A DNA stretch of 64,000 nt, taken from assembly GCA_951406725.2 (NCBI GenBank), contig OX597828.1:39246001-39310000 (forward strand). The letters run 5' to 3'. Source of the stretch: Octopus vulgaris. Its lineage: Eukaryota. Position numbers and translations under genes: made by a program. This document shows, in pieces, positions 51,161-64,000 of this stretch (the first letter of the stretch is position 1; the number at the start of each line of letters is the position of its first letter). The notes beneath the pieces are model-generated. The model was not told where the DNA came from. It saw only the letters and a list, made by a program, of their open reading frames with translations, and made no database searches.

Positions 51161-51313
51161 TGTATCTTGTTAATTATTAATTTTTCAGAGAAAAATAAAT
51201 GCGATATTCATCAATATCATACAAGACTATATCTGTGTGGAAAATTAGAAAACAATTCATTGAAAAATCCTTAAATGACTGGAAGAAAATGAAAAAAATT
51301 ATATTTATATATG

Positions 51314-51349
<36 letters not shown>

Positions 51350-51376
51350 TGTATGGTGCGTGACTTCTGGGACATC

Positions 51377-51416
<40 letters not shown>

Positions 51417-51418
<2 letters not shown>

Positions 51419-51623
51419 GATGTCCCAGAAGTCACACACCATTCCGGTTTCCATTAAAGATAATTGACGCAATGTATTTTATTTCCATATTTGAAGCATG
51501 TTTTATTGCAGAGGGTGCTCAATTTGAGCATTTGTTAGGATTATTTTCAATAAAGTGTTTTTGAAATCAATAAAGGAGTATTTTTAAAAAACCCAGGAAG
51601 GTGTGTGACTTCTAGAACACCCC
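51417..51623. mobile_element. Tc1/mariner-type MITE, preceded by an orphan TIR at 51355-51378
   Basis: TIRs GGGATGTCCCAGAAGTCACACACC / GGTGTGTGACTTCTAGAACACCCC in (TA)n/(TG)n. Confidence 0.75.
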
Positions 51624-51630
51624 GTGTGTG

Positions 51631-51667
<37 letters not shown>

Positions 51668-52084
51668 ATTATATTTATATATATATAAATTATATTTAAA
51701 TATATATAATTGCAGAAGGCCAGAAATTCAAGGGTGGTGTAGGTTGATTAAACTGACTCCAGAATTTGACTGGAACCTTATTTTATCAAAACCAAAAGGA
51801 TTAAAAACAAATTTGATTTCAGCAGGATTTGAACTAACAACATAACAGCACAAATACAACACCAACAATTCTGTCAATCCATCACCCTTATAATAATTAG
51901 AAAATTATTAATAGTAATAGTAATAATAATAATAATGGTTCCAAATTTTGGAACAAGGTCACCAAAAGGAAGAAAGGAAAAGTTGACCCTGGTCAACTTT
52001 CCCCTTCTTTTGAAATCAGAATACAAGGATGAAATGCCACTAAGCATTTTGCCCAGCATGCTTCTGCTAGCTCATCACCTAATT

Positions 52085-52336
52085 TAATAATAATTTATTC
52101 TTTTATTGACCACAAGGGCTAATATATACAAACATAAAAGGACATACAATAACATTGAAAGATAAAAAAAAATAGACGATACAATGGGTTTTCCTTGTAT
52201 AAACAATACAAAACAATAAAAGATTAAACAAATTAAAACTCCCAATAGGGGAGGTGCTTTAAAGGTCCTCATGGAAAAATCCACAAAAGCCATGGGTGCC
52301 TGATCAATAGGGCAATAGCCCTTTTATTTTTACAGG
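52085..52336 (-). mobile_element. Probable LINE 3' UTR fragment sharing its end with SINE B
   Basis: Minus strand ends TTAGCCCTTGTGGTCAATAAAAGAATAAA, versus the SINE B tail TTAGCCCCTTGTGGGCAATAAAGAAATA; the upstream sequence is not SINE B. Confidence 0.5.
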
Positions 52337-53346
52337 TGTATATACAGAATTGGTTCTTTCACACTGACCATTCTTCCAACATTCACCCAGGCACAAGGCC
52401 TGAAATTTTAGGGTGGGGACTAATCAATTACATCAACCCCAGTGCTCAACAACAACAACAATAATAATAATGTTGGTTATTATTTGTCATTTTTGCTATT
52501 TCTCCTTTATGTAATTCAAATTTTATTGCATCAATATATTTTCTATATTAACTCTATACATATTTTGGCAGTGACACATAGTAAGAGTTCTCATCGAAAG
52601 AAAGAACTCTTAATTAACAGACATGATAAGTGAGAAGAAATTTGGTGACTCTCACTCAGACTGTGCACACAAGCCATCAGCCCTTCATCTTATCTCCCAC
52701 ATGGCTCCGCCTCTGGCTTCAGTTAAAACAGATTAAAGATCAAGATTGATAATATATAGTTTTACCAGATAGGTTTTTGTTGCTGTTTAATACCAGGTCA
52801 GCCCTGAATGAACAAGCCAATGATCAAAGGCATTCCAACCATGAACATTCAGTTCATCCAACTTCCAGTCACTATATCTAGGGCTACATTAATCAATGTG
52901 TCCTTTTTTTTTTTTTTTTATGATGGTAGTATGTGATTTATGGGAGATGTAACTGCTAGTTTTAGCAGGTCAAGCAACCACATCTGGATTCGACATTAGC
53001 ATTTTTTACTGTTTTTTATATCTATTTTCTTTGCTTGTGCTGTTTATGGATGCAGAGTGGTTGAATGCTTAAGAGGTTTGTTGCATGGTGTCTTGGGAAA
53101 ATAATTTCTATCATATTCTTGGATCAACCCCTGCTAATTTTGCAGGTCAAATTGAGTAGACAGAAACTGCATGAAAAATTCATCACCATCATCATCATTT
53201 CAATGTCCACTTTTCCAACAATAATTTGGACCTTTCATTTCTCCTGTGGTCAAAGATTAACCTGTTCCTGAAAGAAATGTTAAGGCTAACACAACATTTA
53301 CCAAGTTATCTATTAGCTATTCCATACACTAATATGAAATGAGAGA

Positions 53347-53709
53347 GGAGGTGCAATGGCCCAGTGGTTAGAGAAGCAGACTCGCGGTTGTAGGATTGCG
53401 GTTTCAATTCCCAGGCCGGGCATTGTAAGTGGTTATTGAGCAAAAACATCTAAAGTTCCACAAGGCTCCAGCAAGGAGGGGGAGGGGTCGAACCCTGCTG
53501 TACTCTTTCACCACAACTTTCTCTCACTCTTTCTTCCTGTTCCTGGGCCAGCGTTTTCACACTTTGTCACGCTGACTCTCCCTGAGAACTACGTTAAGGG
53601 TACATGTGTCTGTGGAGTGCTCAGCCACTTGCACATTAATTTCACAAGCAGGCTGTTCCGTTGATCGTATCAACTGGAACCCACATCGTCGCAACCGACA
53701 GAGTGCCAC
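53347..53709 (+). mobile_element. tRNA-derived SINE (family E)
   Basis: Head GGTGCAATGGCCCAGTGGTTAGAG..GACTCGCGG..GGTTTCAATTCCCAGG with A/B boxes and a TCG-like anticodon loop. Confidence 0.75.
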
Positions 53710-55034
53710 GATTAAATGAGAAATATGGAATGAAATATTTCCATCCAAGCAGACTCAACAATACTTTTACTACAGTTATCAACCTAAAACTTAGGAGATA
53801 GCAGACGTGTACACACACACACACCTATATATTTCCATTTGGCTATTCCCCCGTCTATCATGCATTAAATGTTATCAATATGTCTTTGAGACAAATTGGA
53901 CGAAGACAGAAATACAGATAGGAAGGTGTGAGAAAGACAGATGCAGAAAGAATGATGAGAGAGAGAGAAAGAGATACAAAGAGAAGGATGAGAAATTACG
54001 TAAAAGCTGATTTATATAAATATATATATATATATATACGAGAGAAAGAAAGACTAACAGACAGACAGAGGGAGAGACAGAGACAGAGAAGTAAAGGCTT
54101 CAAACAATGAATAAAAGAGAGAAATAACATTTTGGAACAATAAATTTGTAACCAAGTGAAACATTAAAATAAAACGGTAAAAAGCAAAATACAACATGGA
54201 AAAAAGAAGTACTCAAATTTTTCATTTTAATAAAATATCTGTGAAATTGCAAAGCAATTTGATGAAAAGGATTTTCAGTGACTTCCCTTCAGCAACAAGC
54301 TTAGGAGACATAATTATGAGTGTGAGCAGGTGTGTGTGTGTGTGTAATCACATCATACACACATTTCTATATGCATATATACATGCACATTTATATACAC
54401 ACATACACATATATATATACACACACAATACCCACACACACACACACACTCACATACATGCAGACAATACCCACACCCACACATGTATTTAGCCTTCAAA
54501 TCAATTTCAAAATTGAAACGTTTGAGAATATGATAGAATAAAAACAATTTTTTAAAATATGTTTTGACAAAAAGTTGTCCTTGGATGTTAAAAGATGATT
54601 GATATTGACAAAATATATTTAAAAGAATTAAAAGAACCTAGGTACAGCAACAACAACAACAACAATAAACATTTCTAGTACAGACACAAGACCTCAAATA
54701 TTTTGGGGAAGGAATGCATGTGATTTAATCAACCAATCACTAGACACATGGAAGTTGACCTTGATGAGATCTGAACTCGGTTTTCATGGTGTACAAGTGA
54801 TTGAGATTACAAAATTCCTGCTGATTGGGACGCCATCCCGCAACCATCACAGAATTGCTTGTTTACAGTTCAGCAGATGGGAGCAACATGAAATGAAGTG
54901 TTTTGCCCAAGAACACAATACATCATCCAGTCTAGGAATTGAAACAATGATCTTGAGACTGCGAGTGCAACATCCTAACCAACAAACCATGTAACATTAC
55001 TCTCTGAGACAAAGGAATGTATAAATATTGTTAA

Positions 55035-55439
55035 GGCGCAGGAGTGGCTGTGTGGTAAGAAGCTTGCTAACTAACCACATGGTTCCGGGTTCAGTCCCAC
55101 TGTGTGGCATCTTGGGCAAGTGTCTTCTGCTATAGCCCCGGGCCGACCAATGCCTTGTGAGTGGATTTGGTAGACGGAAACTGAAAGAAGCCTGTCGTAT
55201 ATATGTATATATATATATGTGTGTGTGTTTGTGTGTTTGTGTGTCTGTCCCCCTAGCATTGCTTGACAACCGATGCTGGTGTGTTTACGTCCCCGTCACT
55301 TAGCGGTTCGGCAAAATAGACCGATAGAATAAGTACTGGGCTTACAAAGAATAAGTCCGGGGGTCGATTTGCTCGACTAAAGGTGGTGCTCCAGCATGGC
55401 CGCAATCAAATGACTGAAACAAGTAAATGAGTAAAAGAG
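55035..55439 (+). mobile_element. SINE family A, full length, young
   Basis: All segments present, CpGs retained. Confidence 0.9.
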
Positions 55440-55934
55440 CATTAATTTGTTGACATTAGACATTTTTATGTTTTCCAATATGCACTTCTTTCTGAGGCAA
55501 GACAACTCTTGCTATATTTCTCATACCATGAATCATAAATGGTTAATAATTTGTTTCTGAAAAAAGCCTATGGCCTGAAATTTGGAAGGAGGGATAGTAA
55601 TGGACAGTAGCATAATTGGGGGGAGGGGGCAAGGAAAGAGGAGGCAGTCTGTCCTGGGAAGCACTTTTACGAAGATAGCATAGTTGGGTCTGCTGGGTAA
55701 CTTTGTATAGGCTAGGAGGCTGGGACAGGAGTGGGGAAAACTCAAGGACCGCTCCTGGTGGCATGCAGTCTAGCTACACCACTGGTGTCTGATTGGTACT
55801 TTGCCTGTCATCCTTCCAGAGATGATAAAATGTCGAACTTGATGGGATTTGAACTTAGAATGTAATGCAAAAAGCCATAATCTCTCCTACATTTTTCTTC
55901 AGCCGAGTGATCCTAATCTTGTGGACTAGTGGGT

Positions 55935-56145
55935 ACTGGTACCACATAAAAAGCACCTGTAAAAGCACCCACTGCAGCACCACATAAAAGAACCTGCTAC
56001 ACTCTGTAAAGTGGTTGGTGTTAGGCAGAGTATCCAGTTGTAGAAACCATGCCAAAAGAGACATGGAGCTTGGTGCAGCTCTCCAGCCAGCTCCTATCAA
56101 ACTGTCCAACCCATGCCAGCAAGGGAAACAGACGTTAAATGATAA
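55935..56145 (+). mobile_element. RTE 3'-end fragment
   Basis: Repeated TAAAAGCACC, then ACACTCTGTAAAGTGGTTGG..ACCCATGCCAGC..GACGTTAAATGAT. Confidence 0.75.
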
Positions 56146-56169
56146 TTACACCAACCCTAGTAATAAAGC

Positions 56170-56630
56170 TAAAGATTTCTGATTTAGGCAGTCATTTTGA
56201 GAAGTAGTGAACAGGGTTGGGGGGGGGGGAGATCAAATATATTGGCCCAAATAATTAACTGGTACTTTTATTTTATTGACCTCAGAAGGATGAAAAGCAA
56301 ACTTGGTGGGATATGAACTTAGAATATAAAGAACAGGAAGTCATTCTGCAAAGCATTTTGTCTGATGTTCTAATGATTCTACTAATCCAACATCCTAATA
56401 ATAATAATAATAATACTAATCCTTTCTACTTAAAGGCACAAGGCCTGAAATTTTGGGATGGTGGCTAGTCAATTAAATTAATCCCAGTGCTCAACTGGTA
56501 CTTATTTCATCAACCTCTAAAAGGTGAAAGGCAAAGTCAACCTTGGTGGATTTGGAACTCACAATGTAGTGACAGACGAAATACTACTAAGCATTTCATT
56601 TAGTGTGCTAATGACTGCTAGCTTGCCACC

Positions 56631-56667
<37 letters not shown>

Positions 56668-57052
56668 CCTTTCTACTAAAGGGGGAGGGTTAGGGTTAGT
56701 ATTCAACTGGTGTTTATTTTATTGATACCATAAGGATGAAAGGGGCAAGTGAACCTTGGTAGAATTTGAACTCAGAACATAGCAACTGGTGAAATACCGC
56801 TAAGCATTTCATTCAGCGTGCTAACGATTCTGCCAGCTCACCATCCTTTCTTCTACAGGCACAAGGCCTGCAATTTTGGTGGGAGGGAGCTAGTTGATTA
56901 CATCAAGCTCAGAGCTTGACTGGTGCTTGTTTTATCAACCCTGAAAGGCAAAGTCAATCTTGGCAGAATCTGAACTCAGAACATAAAGACAGATGAAATG
57001 CCACTAAGCATTTTGCGCGGCAAGCCAACAATTCTGCCAGGTCACCACCTTA
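56170..57052 (-). mobile_element. Cluster of four head-to-tail SINE family B copies
   Basis: The GAACT(C/T)A.AA..GCATTT..GCCAG motif set recurs at about 56315, 56555, 56767 and 56972; (TAA)n spacers at about 56396 and 56631. Confidence 0.8.
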
Positions 57053-57621
57053 CCAACACCCTAATGATAATAATAATAATTATTATTACTTCTTATTTTG
57101 AACTTGACAAAACAGTCGTACTATTGAAATATTGTTCAACTAATAAAATATCTTACAATCGAATCGCGCTCTTCATCTTGACTGTTTACCTTTGTGAAGA
57201 GTTACATCAATCCTTTTTTAAAATATAATAATAATAATAATAATCCTTTCTAATATAGGCACTAGCTAGGGCACAACCAAGTAACTTGCAATACAAAACC
57301 CCTCAACTGAGTGGAGGTGGATCTGTGCTAGGTGTTGAGAGGCTAAGGTATGATGGGGGACAGGAGAAGGTGTCTTGTTGTAGAGATACATGGCTACACC
57401 AACTGGAAAGAGTGGAAAAAAGAAAAAAAAGGGATGGTGGAGATGATGTTTGAGAACATACCCTCAAAGTACAAGAAGGTGGATATAAGAAAGAATAGGG
57501 ACTAACGATGGAGGATGGATTGATGGGTAATGCATCAGGTGAAATCTAATGATTTCCCACCTAAAATTTGTTACATGTAACAACAAATTTATTATACATG
57601 CACATACATATATACACAAAT

Positions 57622-57652
<31 letters not shown>

Positions 57653-58111
57653 AATGTACACACACACACATTATCATCACTTAATGCTGGTCTTTCATGC
57701 TGACATGGGTTGGACAGTTCGATAAAATCTGGCAAATGAGAGGACTGCATTGTGCTGCAGTGTCTGCTTTGGCGTGGTTTTTATGGCCAGATGCCCTTCC
57801 AAATACCAGCCTTTTCCACAGAGTGTACCAAGTGCTTTTGCCATGGCACCAGCGCTAGTGAAGATTGCCTTATAACTTTCAAGACTAAGGACCTAAAGTG
57901 GTCCCTAATACTGAGGAAGGATAGAAGAGAGAGGGTGTGATGATTCTAGGCAGGATGGAGAGGAAGGTTAAGATGAAAGGAAAAGATTCATAGTTGTGAT
58001 AGGGTCATAGTGGAGACAGCAACAGAGTAGACATTATTTGGGGTAGGAAGAATTGCAGGAACAAGGGAAAAAGAAAGAATATATATATATATATACACAT
58101 ACATATAAGTT

Positions 58112-58460
58112 CAGACATGGCTGTGTGACAACAAGTTTCTTTCCAACCAAAAGGTTTCAGGTTCAGTCCCACTGCATGGCACCTTGGGCTAGTGTCTTCT
58201 ACTATAGCCATGGGCTGACCAAACCTTTGTGAGTGGATTTGGTAGACAGAAACTGAAAGAAGCCCATTGTGTGTGTGTGTGTTTGTACCCCACCCCTATC
58301 ACTCGACAACTGGTGTTGGTGTGTAAGTCCCTATAACTTAGCAGTTCAGCAACAGTGACTGATAGAATAAGTGGCAGGTGTAACAAAATAAGTATAGGAG
58401 TCAAGTTGTTCGACAAAAATTCTTCAAGGAGGTGCCCTAGAATGGTCTCAGTCTAAAACT
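58112..58460 (+). mobile_element. SINE family A, diverged
   Basis: GGTTCAGTCCCACTGCATGGCACCTTGGGC..GAGTGGATTTGGTAGACAGAAACTGAAAGAAGCCC. Confidence 0.8.
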
Positions 58461-58468
58461 GGAAAAGA

Positions 58469-58499
<31 letters not shown>

Positions 58500-59487
58500 T
58501 CATACACACATATATATTCAAACATATGCATATACATACATACATACACTAACACATATACACAGTCACACACACATGCATATGCACAGACACACATTTC
58601 CTCACACTTGTGCAAACAAATGCACTCACACACATATACACACACACAAACCCCCAACCCATAATTATAGTTAACAACATTTCATGGAAAAGATAAGTCT
58701 TTGAATGTTCACTTGAACTAGATAACCAAAAGTCATTTCATTGGAATAAAAAGATTTCATTTCATTATGATTGCTTCATTATACACAAGTAGTAACGGTT
58801 CAGTAAACATGATAAAATAGTGATTTAGTAGATATGGTGAAATGCCTGGCTTATATATATTTTTATGGCTAGTTTAGTATCTCAGGTTTCTGTGCTCAAA
58901 TTCCCTTTGGGGATGATTTTTGCCTTTCATCTCTCCAGGGTCTTTAAATAAGTATTCAAAATAATGCACTGATGGGTTGATTCAGATGAATAAAGAAATT
59001 GCTACAAGGATTTCTTGTTGCTGTTGAATAAAAAGAAAGAAAACAATAAATGAAATATATATGTATAAAAAAAGCATTGAATTGTGCAACTTTCTGCTGT
59101 CTTCCATTAAACTAGTCTCTAGAGGGTTGCATAGAAACTATATTACAATAAACTTCCATGAATTCAATCCCAGTACAAAGTGTGTGTGTGTGTGTGTGTA
59201 GGTGCAGTCATGGCTGTGAGGTTAAGAAGCTCATTCCTTTCAAGGAATTGCCCAAGCATGGCCACAGTCCATTGACTGAAATATACACACACGGGGGAGA
59301 GGGAGAGAAAAAGTTACGAAATTTTCTGCACAATCATCAGGTCCTAGGTTTGATTCCTTCAACATAACCTCAGATTTGTTTAGCCTGTGTCCGTCCTGAT
59401 CTAGCAAACCAAAAGTCAAAGACGTTCTATTGTGACTTTTAGGATACCTAATACTACAATGTCCAATGTATGATTTTTTTTTTTAAG

Positions 59488-59921
59488 GCAGACTGTATGA
59501 TGCATGTGTACGAACAGCCATGCTACATGGCAGTGAAACATGGGCCGTGACTGCTGAGGACATGCGTAAGCTCGTGAGAAATGAAGCTAGTATGCTCCGT
59601 TGGATGTGTAATGTCAGTGTTCATAGTCGACAGAGTGTAAGTACCTTGAGAGAAAAGTTGGACCTAAGAGGAATCAGATGTTGTGTGCAAGAGAGACGAT
59701 TGCGCTGGTATGGTCATGTGGTGAGAATGGATGAAGATAGGTGTGTGAAAAAGTGCCACACCCTGGCAGTTGAGGGGACCTGTGGAAGAGGTAGACCCAG
59801 GAAAACCTGGGTCGAGGTGGTGAAGCACGACCTTCGAACTCTAGGTCTCACCAAGGAAATGACCAGAGACCGAGACCTATGGAAGTATGCTGTGCGTGAG
59901 AAGACCCGGCAAGACCAGTGA
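59488..59921 (+). pseudogene. RTE ORF C-terminal portion (no RT catalytic core or endonuclease in this copy)
   Basis: ORF track 59520-59921, extendable upstream to the truncation point; no internal stops. Confidence 0.85.
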
Positions 59922-59974
59922 GAACAATCAAAATCAAATCATATATCAGAAAGCAGGGGTTAAGTGTCCGCTGT

Positions 59975-60445
59975 CAGCCTCGTCTGGCACCCGTGCCGGT
60001 GATACGTAAAAGCACCATTCGCTCATGGCCGTTTGCCAGCTCTGCCTGGCCCCGTGTCGGTGGCACGTAAAAGCGCCATCCGTTCGTGTTCGTTTCCAGC
60101 CTCGCCTGGCCCCGTGCCGGTGACACGTAAAAGCACCGTCCGTTCGTGGCCGTTTGCCAGCTCTGTCTGGCAACCGTGTCGGTGGCACGTAAAAGCACCA
60201 TCCGTTCGCATCCGTTGCCAGCCTCGGCTGGCCCCCGTGCCGGTGACACGTAAAAGCACCGTCCGTTCGTGGCCGGTTGCCAGCTCTGTCTGGCCCCGTG
60301 TCGGTGGCACGTAAAAGCACCATTCGTTCATGCCCGTTGCCAGCATCGCCTGGCCCCGTGCCGGTGACACGTAAAAGCACCATCCGTTCGTGGCCGTTCG
60401 CCAGCTCTGTCTGGCACCTGTGCAGGTGGCACGTAAAAAACACCC
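59975..60445 (+). repeat. 8 x ~60-bp tandem array with A/B dimer higher-order structure
   Basis: ACGTAAAA at about 60004, 60065, 60125, 60188, 60248, 60309, 60369 and 60431; odd units GGTGA, even units GGTGG. Confidence 0.92.
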
Positions 60446-61917
60446 ACTACACTCGCGGAGTGGTTGGCGTTAGGAAGGGCATCCAGCCGTAGAAACACTG
60501 CCAGATCTGACTGGGCCTGACGAAGCCTTCCAGCTTCACAGGCCCCAGTTGACCCGTCCAACCCATGCTAGCATGGAAAACGGACGCTAAACGATGATGA
60601 TGATGATGATGATGGGTTGTGACTTGAGAGATACTTGACTGCTGTTTCTAGCAAGTTGAGTGACCACTTATAGCTTCCCTTGTTAGAGTACTGGATTTTG
60701 TGACACAGTTTGCAAGTTCGAATTAACTGCAGAAGGCATTTTTATGTGCAGAGTACTTCATCTTACATTGCACAGTAGTTGTAAATGAATGCCACAATCA
60801 TGCAATTGGTGTTCATTTCCAATCTTCTCTAGGGACATGTCCAGCCATGGAGAAAAGTATCCAGCTTGGAAAGGAGTGAGTGTTGGCAACAGGAAAGGTA
60901 TCCAGCTGTAAAAAATCTGCTCCATCATATTTCATCTGACCCATGCAAGCATGGGAAGGTGGACGTTAAAAAAGAAAAAAAATGATGGGAGACAACAACA
61001 TTGAAAAATGACGATAATGATGAAAAATGACATGGAAAAATGGCAATGGAAAGCTATGATGTTGAAAACTAACAACGATGAGGAAAAACAATGAAAAGCT
61101 AACTATGATGAAAACCGATGATGATGATGATGAAAAATGGCAATGATGAAAGAGGACAACAATGAGGGAAAATGACAATGATGAAAAGTGATGATGATAC
61201 TGAGTGTGCAAAATATGAAAGCTAGATATAATGTGATGATGTATTAGTATCAGATCCTGAACAATGAACCATTGATTTCAATCTCATGATGACTCTCATC
61301 TATTTCTTCAGCATCACGCATAATTTCAATTTCAGTAATTGTTTACTATGTTGAAGAAAATATCTCAAAGCTTTTAAATTAAACCATGACAACTCGATGA
61401 ATGCTAAAAAGATGCTGATAAAAATCTCTACAGTCTCTGAATTTCATGTGAATGAAATTTTGTATAAAATTAACAGTCAACAAATCTAATAGCCAGACAG
61501 TATTGGCAATTGTTCAAGACATTTATAAATCTATATATTTCTGCACTTTCTACTACTTACATAGTTCTAATGGAGAAATCCTAAATGTCGGCAACATCTG
61601 AAAGAAAACCACCTGCTCATGTCATTTGCTACTCTCAAAAATCAAATCAACAACAATTGTATATGTATATATATAAAGAAAATCTTTTAAAGAGAGTTAA
61701 ATATTTGACTTGTTCCTGTAGAGGAACAAAGAGAAAATTTAACACTTCAGATGTAATTTATAACACAATAACACACTGCATTAAACCTTTTTAACACCAA
61801 TCCATTTGAGATGCTCTGAATTAAAGTGTTCATACTTTAATTAAATTATTGGTTAATGTTTTATAACATAAATGATGAGATGAAATTCCAGCTATTCAGA
61901 AGTAGAATAGCACCAGT

Positions 61918-62597
61918 TTAATGTCAGTTTCTTCATGCTCGCATGGATCAAATGAAATCTGTTGATGCAGGTTTTCTATGGTTGGATGCTCTCCCAGGTG
62001 CTAACATTTATTTGTCTCCAAGTAAAGGAATATTTTCTCAGAGTCTTTTCAACACAAGTAGCACAATGTCAGATACAATTTTTCATGGAAGATTGCAAAC
62101 AAACGACATTGCTTGTATGATGGTGACATTTATCTACAGTTAGCATGGAATGTCAAGACAAGGAGACATGAGCATCTGCGCGCACACACACACACATTTT
62201 AGATTTCTTTCAGTTTCTTATTTCTTTATTGCCCACAAGGGGCTAAACATAGAGGGGACAAACAAGGACAGACAAAGGGATTAAGTCGATTACATTGACC
62301 CCAGTGCGTAACTAGTACTTATTTAATCGACCCCGAAAGGATGAAAGGCTAAGTCGACCTCGGCAGAATTTGAACTCAGAATGTAGCAGCAGACGAAATA
62401 CCACCAAGCATTTCGTCCAGCATGCTAACGTTTCTGCCAGCTTGCCACTTTTCTTTCAGTGTCTGTCAACCAACTGCACTCATAAGACTTTGGTCAGCCC
62501 AGGGTTACAGTAGATGTCATTTGCCTGAGGTGCCATGCGGTGGGACTGAACTTGAAAGCACATGATGCTGAAGTTAACTTCTTAATCACACAGTCAT
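61918..62597 (-). mobile_element. SINE family D with a nested SINE B (62215-62449)
   Basis: The B copy is flanked by TSD TTTCTTTCAGT at 62204-62214 and 62450-62460. Confidence 0.8.
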
Positions 62598-63226
62598 ATA
62601 CCACAGAAATGTAAAAAAATAAGGCTGGAATGTCTAGTGGTGGTTGGTATCAGCCAGATTATACAGAGAAGTTTCTAAGTTCAGATAACTTTGTGAGGAG
62701 AAGAGTAATCTGACATGATTCTTTTGACTGATTTGAAAGAAAAGAGATTTTCCAATCTCCAGCATACAAACTTATAGAGTCTTATTTGTTATAGTCATGT
62801 TTTGGTTGTTATATCCTCTAGCCTTCTTCATATGCTTGTTTTATTTGGTAGCATTCTTGGAATTTTAAACCAAATCTTTTATTAAATTCATGGCAGCAGA
62901 TTGCTCTCATTCTGTTGTCTATATATCAGATACCTTGTTAGTTATTCTAGTTGTGATGTAGTTTGTTCATTCCACTGATCGTATGTGTGGGGGGAGGGGT
63001 GTATTTCAATTGATCAAAATATAAACTCTGTAATGTCCATTTTGCCCTGAAGATCTTACACCCAGGCTATTCAAAATGCAAAATTATATCATTACATAAT
63101 TGTAATTTAAATTGTAATTTAAACTGGGTACAAAGTGAAACGATTGTAGGCAATGTAAAATAATTAATAAATTAATTTATAACCATTGAATCTCTCCATT
63201 TTCAAACTAATTAATAATATTTGATG

Positions 63227-63285
<59 letters not shown>

Positions 63286-63322
63286 TATACTGGCAAGACT
63301 ATCAGAAGTTTTTATATAGAAG

Positions 63323-63436
63323 TCCCAGAAATCTCATGGGCTGACAGACCAGAAATCTCGTGGGCAGAAGGCCCAGAAATCTCATGGGTAGACAGCCCAG
63401 AAATCTTGTGGGTAGAAAGCTCAGAAAGCTCATGAA
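63323..63436. repeat. ~24-bp minisatellite, about 5 units
   Basis: CCCAGAAATCTC(A/G)TGGG(T/C)AGA.AG repeated. Confidence 0.85.
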
Positions 63437-64000
63437 TAAAATGAGCTGTATAGGTCACATACCCTTCCTCCTGAAACCATAAGAAAGTTTCTTTTTTTTA
63501 TTTCAGTTATAGCTTTTCACTTTAATAATATAATTTCTTTTTATTTTCAAGAAAAGTATCAATGTTACACATACATTTTATTTATGAATCTGTAAATTTA
63601 TGACTTTGAACCATTTAAAAGTCAAAATTGATTATTTATAACACTTAGTTGTAAAGGAAAATAAATCAAAAAGAAATCTGAGTAATAAAGATTTCTAAAA
63701 GTCTTCTCAAGTAGAGTGTGACCAAAGATTTTATTATCTTCCCTCCCAGTTGATATCTTTATTTATTTAATTTTACTTGTAGTACATTCATAAATATATA
63801 AATAAATAAAGGATGGTGGTGGGGGAAATAGGAATGAACACATAAATTCAAATAATATTATGATACAATATTTTAAAGTATCATTAAATCCACAAAATTT
63901 ATTTTCACCACAGAAGAAGGATAATTAAGAAAAACCAGTTCTAATAGGTTAGGGACATTGATGTTTTAAATATGTAGAGCATCTAAGTAACCCTTTTGAT

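Larger units (their letters stand above)
59485..60613 (+). mobile_element. 5'-truncated RTE-clade LINE (ORF C-terminus, 3' UTR array, (GAT)n tail)
   Basis: Open frame GRLYDACVRTAMLHGSETW..LRWYGHVVRM..GRGRPRKTW..DRDLW, canonical RTE C-terminal motifs; inserted into an older repeat whose two halves flank it. Confidence 0.92.

Noticed and set aside
59946-60561. Repetitive ORFs and CRISPR-like look of the 60-bp array
   Set aside because: Inter-motif segments are homologous, not unique spacers; there are no cas genes; the context is a eukaryotic LINE 3' UTR. The ORFs reflect stop-poor GC-rich repeats.

Overview
This is AT-rich, microsatellite-dense eukaryotic genomic DNA. The repeat content (several tRNA-headed SINE families, RTE, R4/Dong and CR1 LINE fragments) is most consistent with a coleoid cephalopod such as Octopus; that is inferred from repeat types, not from a database hit. 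No complete protein-coding gene is visible. The best host-gene signal is a SINE-free, GA/CT-rich promoter/first-exon-like island at about 47.2-48.3 kb on the minus strand, ending in ATG-CCT-GG|GTAAGT. If real, most of 1-47.4 kb is intron. The rest is a mosaic of nested mobile elements. These include SINE families labelled here A-E, a 5'-truncated RTE LINE with a higher-order 60-bp array in its 3' UTR, mariner-, hAT- and piggyBac-type MITEs, a Helitron, a Helentron-type element and Penelope-like fragments. The most unusual item is a ~245-bp element joining a tRNA-derived Pol III promoter to a minimal hammerhead ribozyme (42.0-42.26 kb). Other notable items are a second decayed hammerhead, a 201-bp near-perfect palindrome, three closely spaced head-to-head inverted SINE pairs (candidate ADAR substrates), and SINE/LINE shared 3' tails. 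Almost all ORFs in the supplied track are artefacts of microsatellites or repeats.
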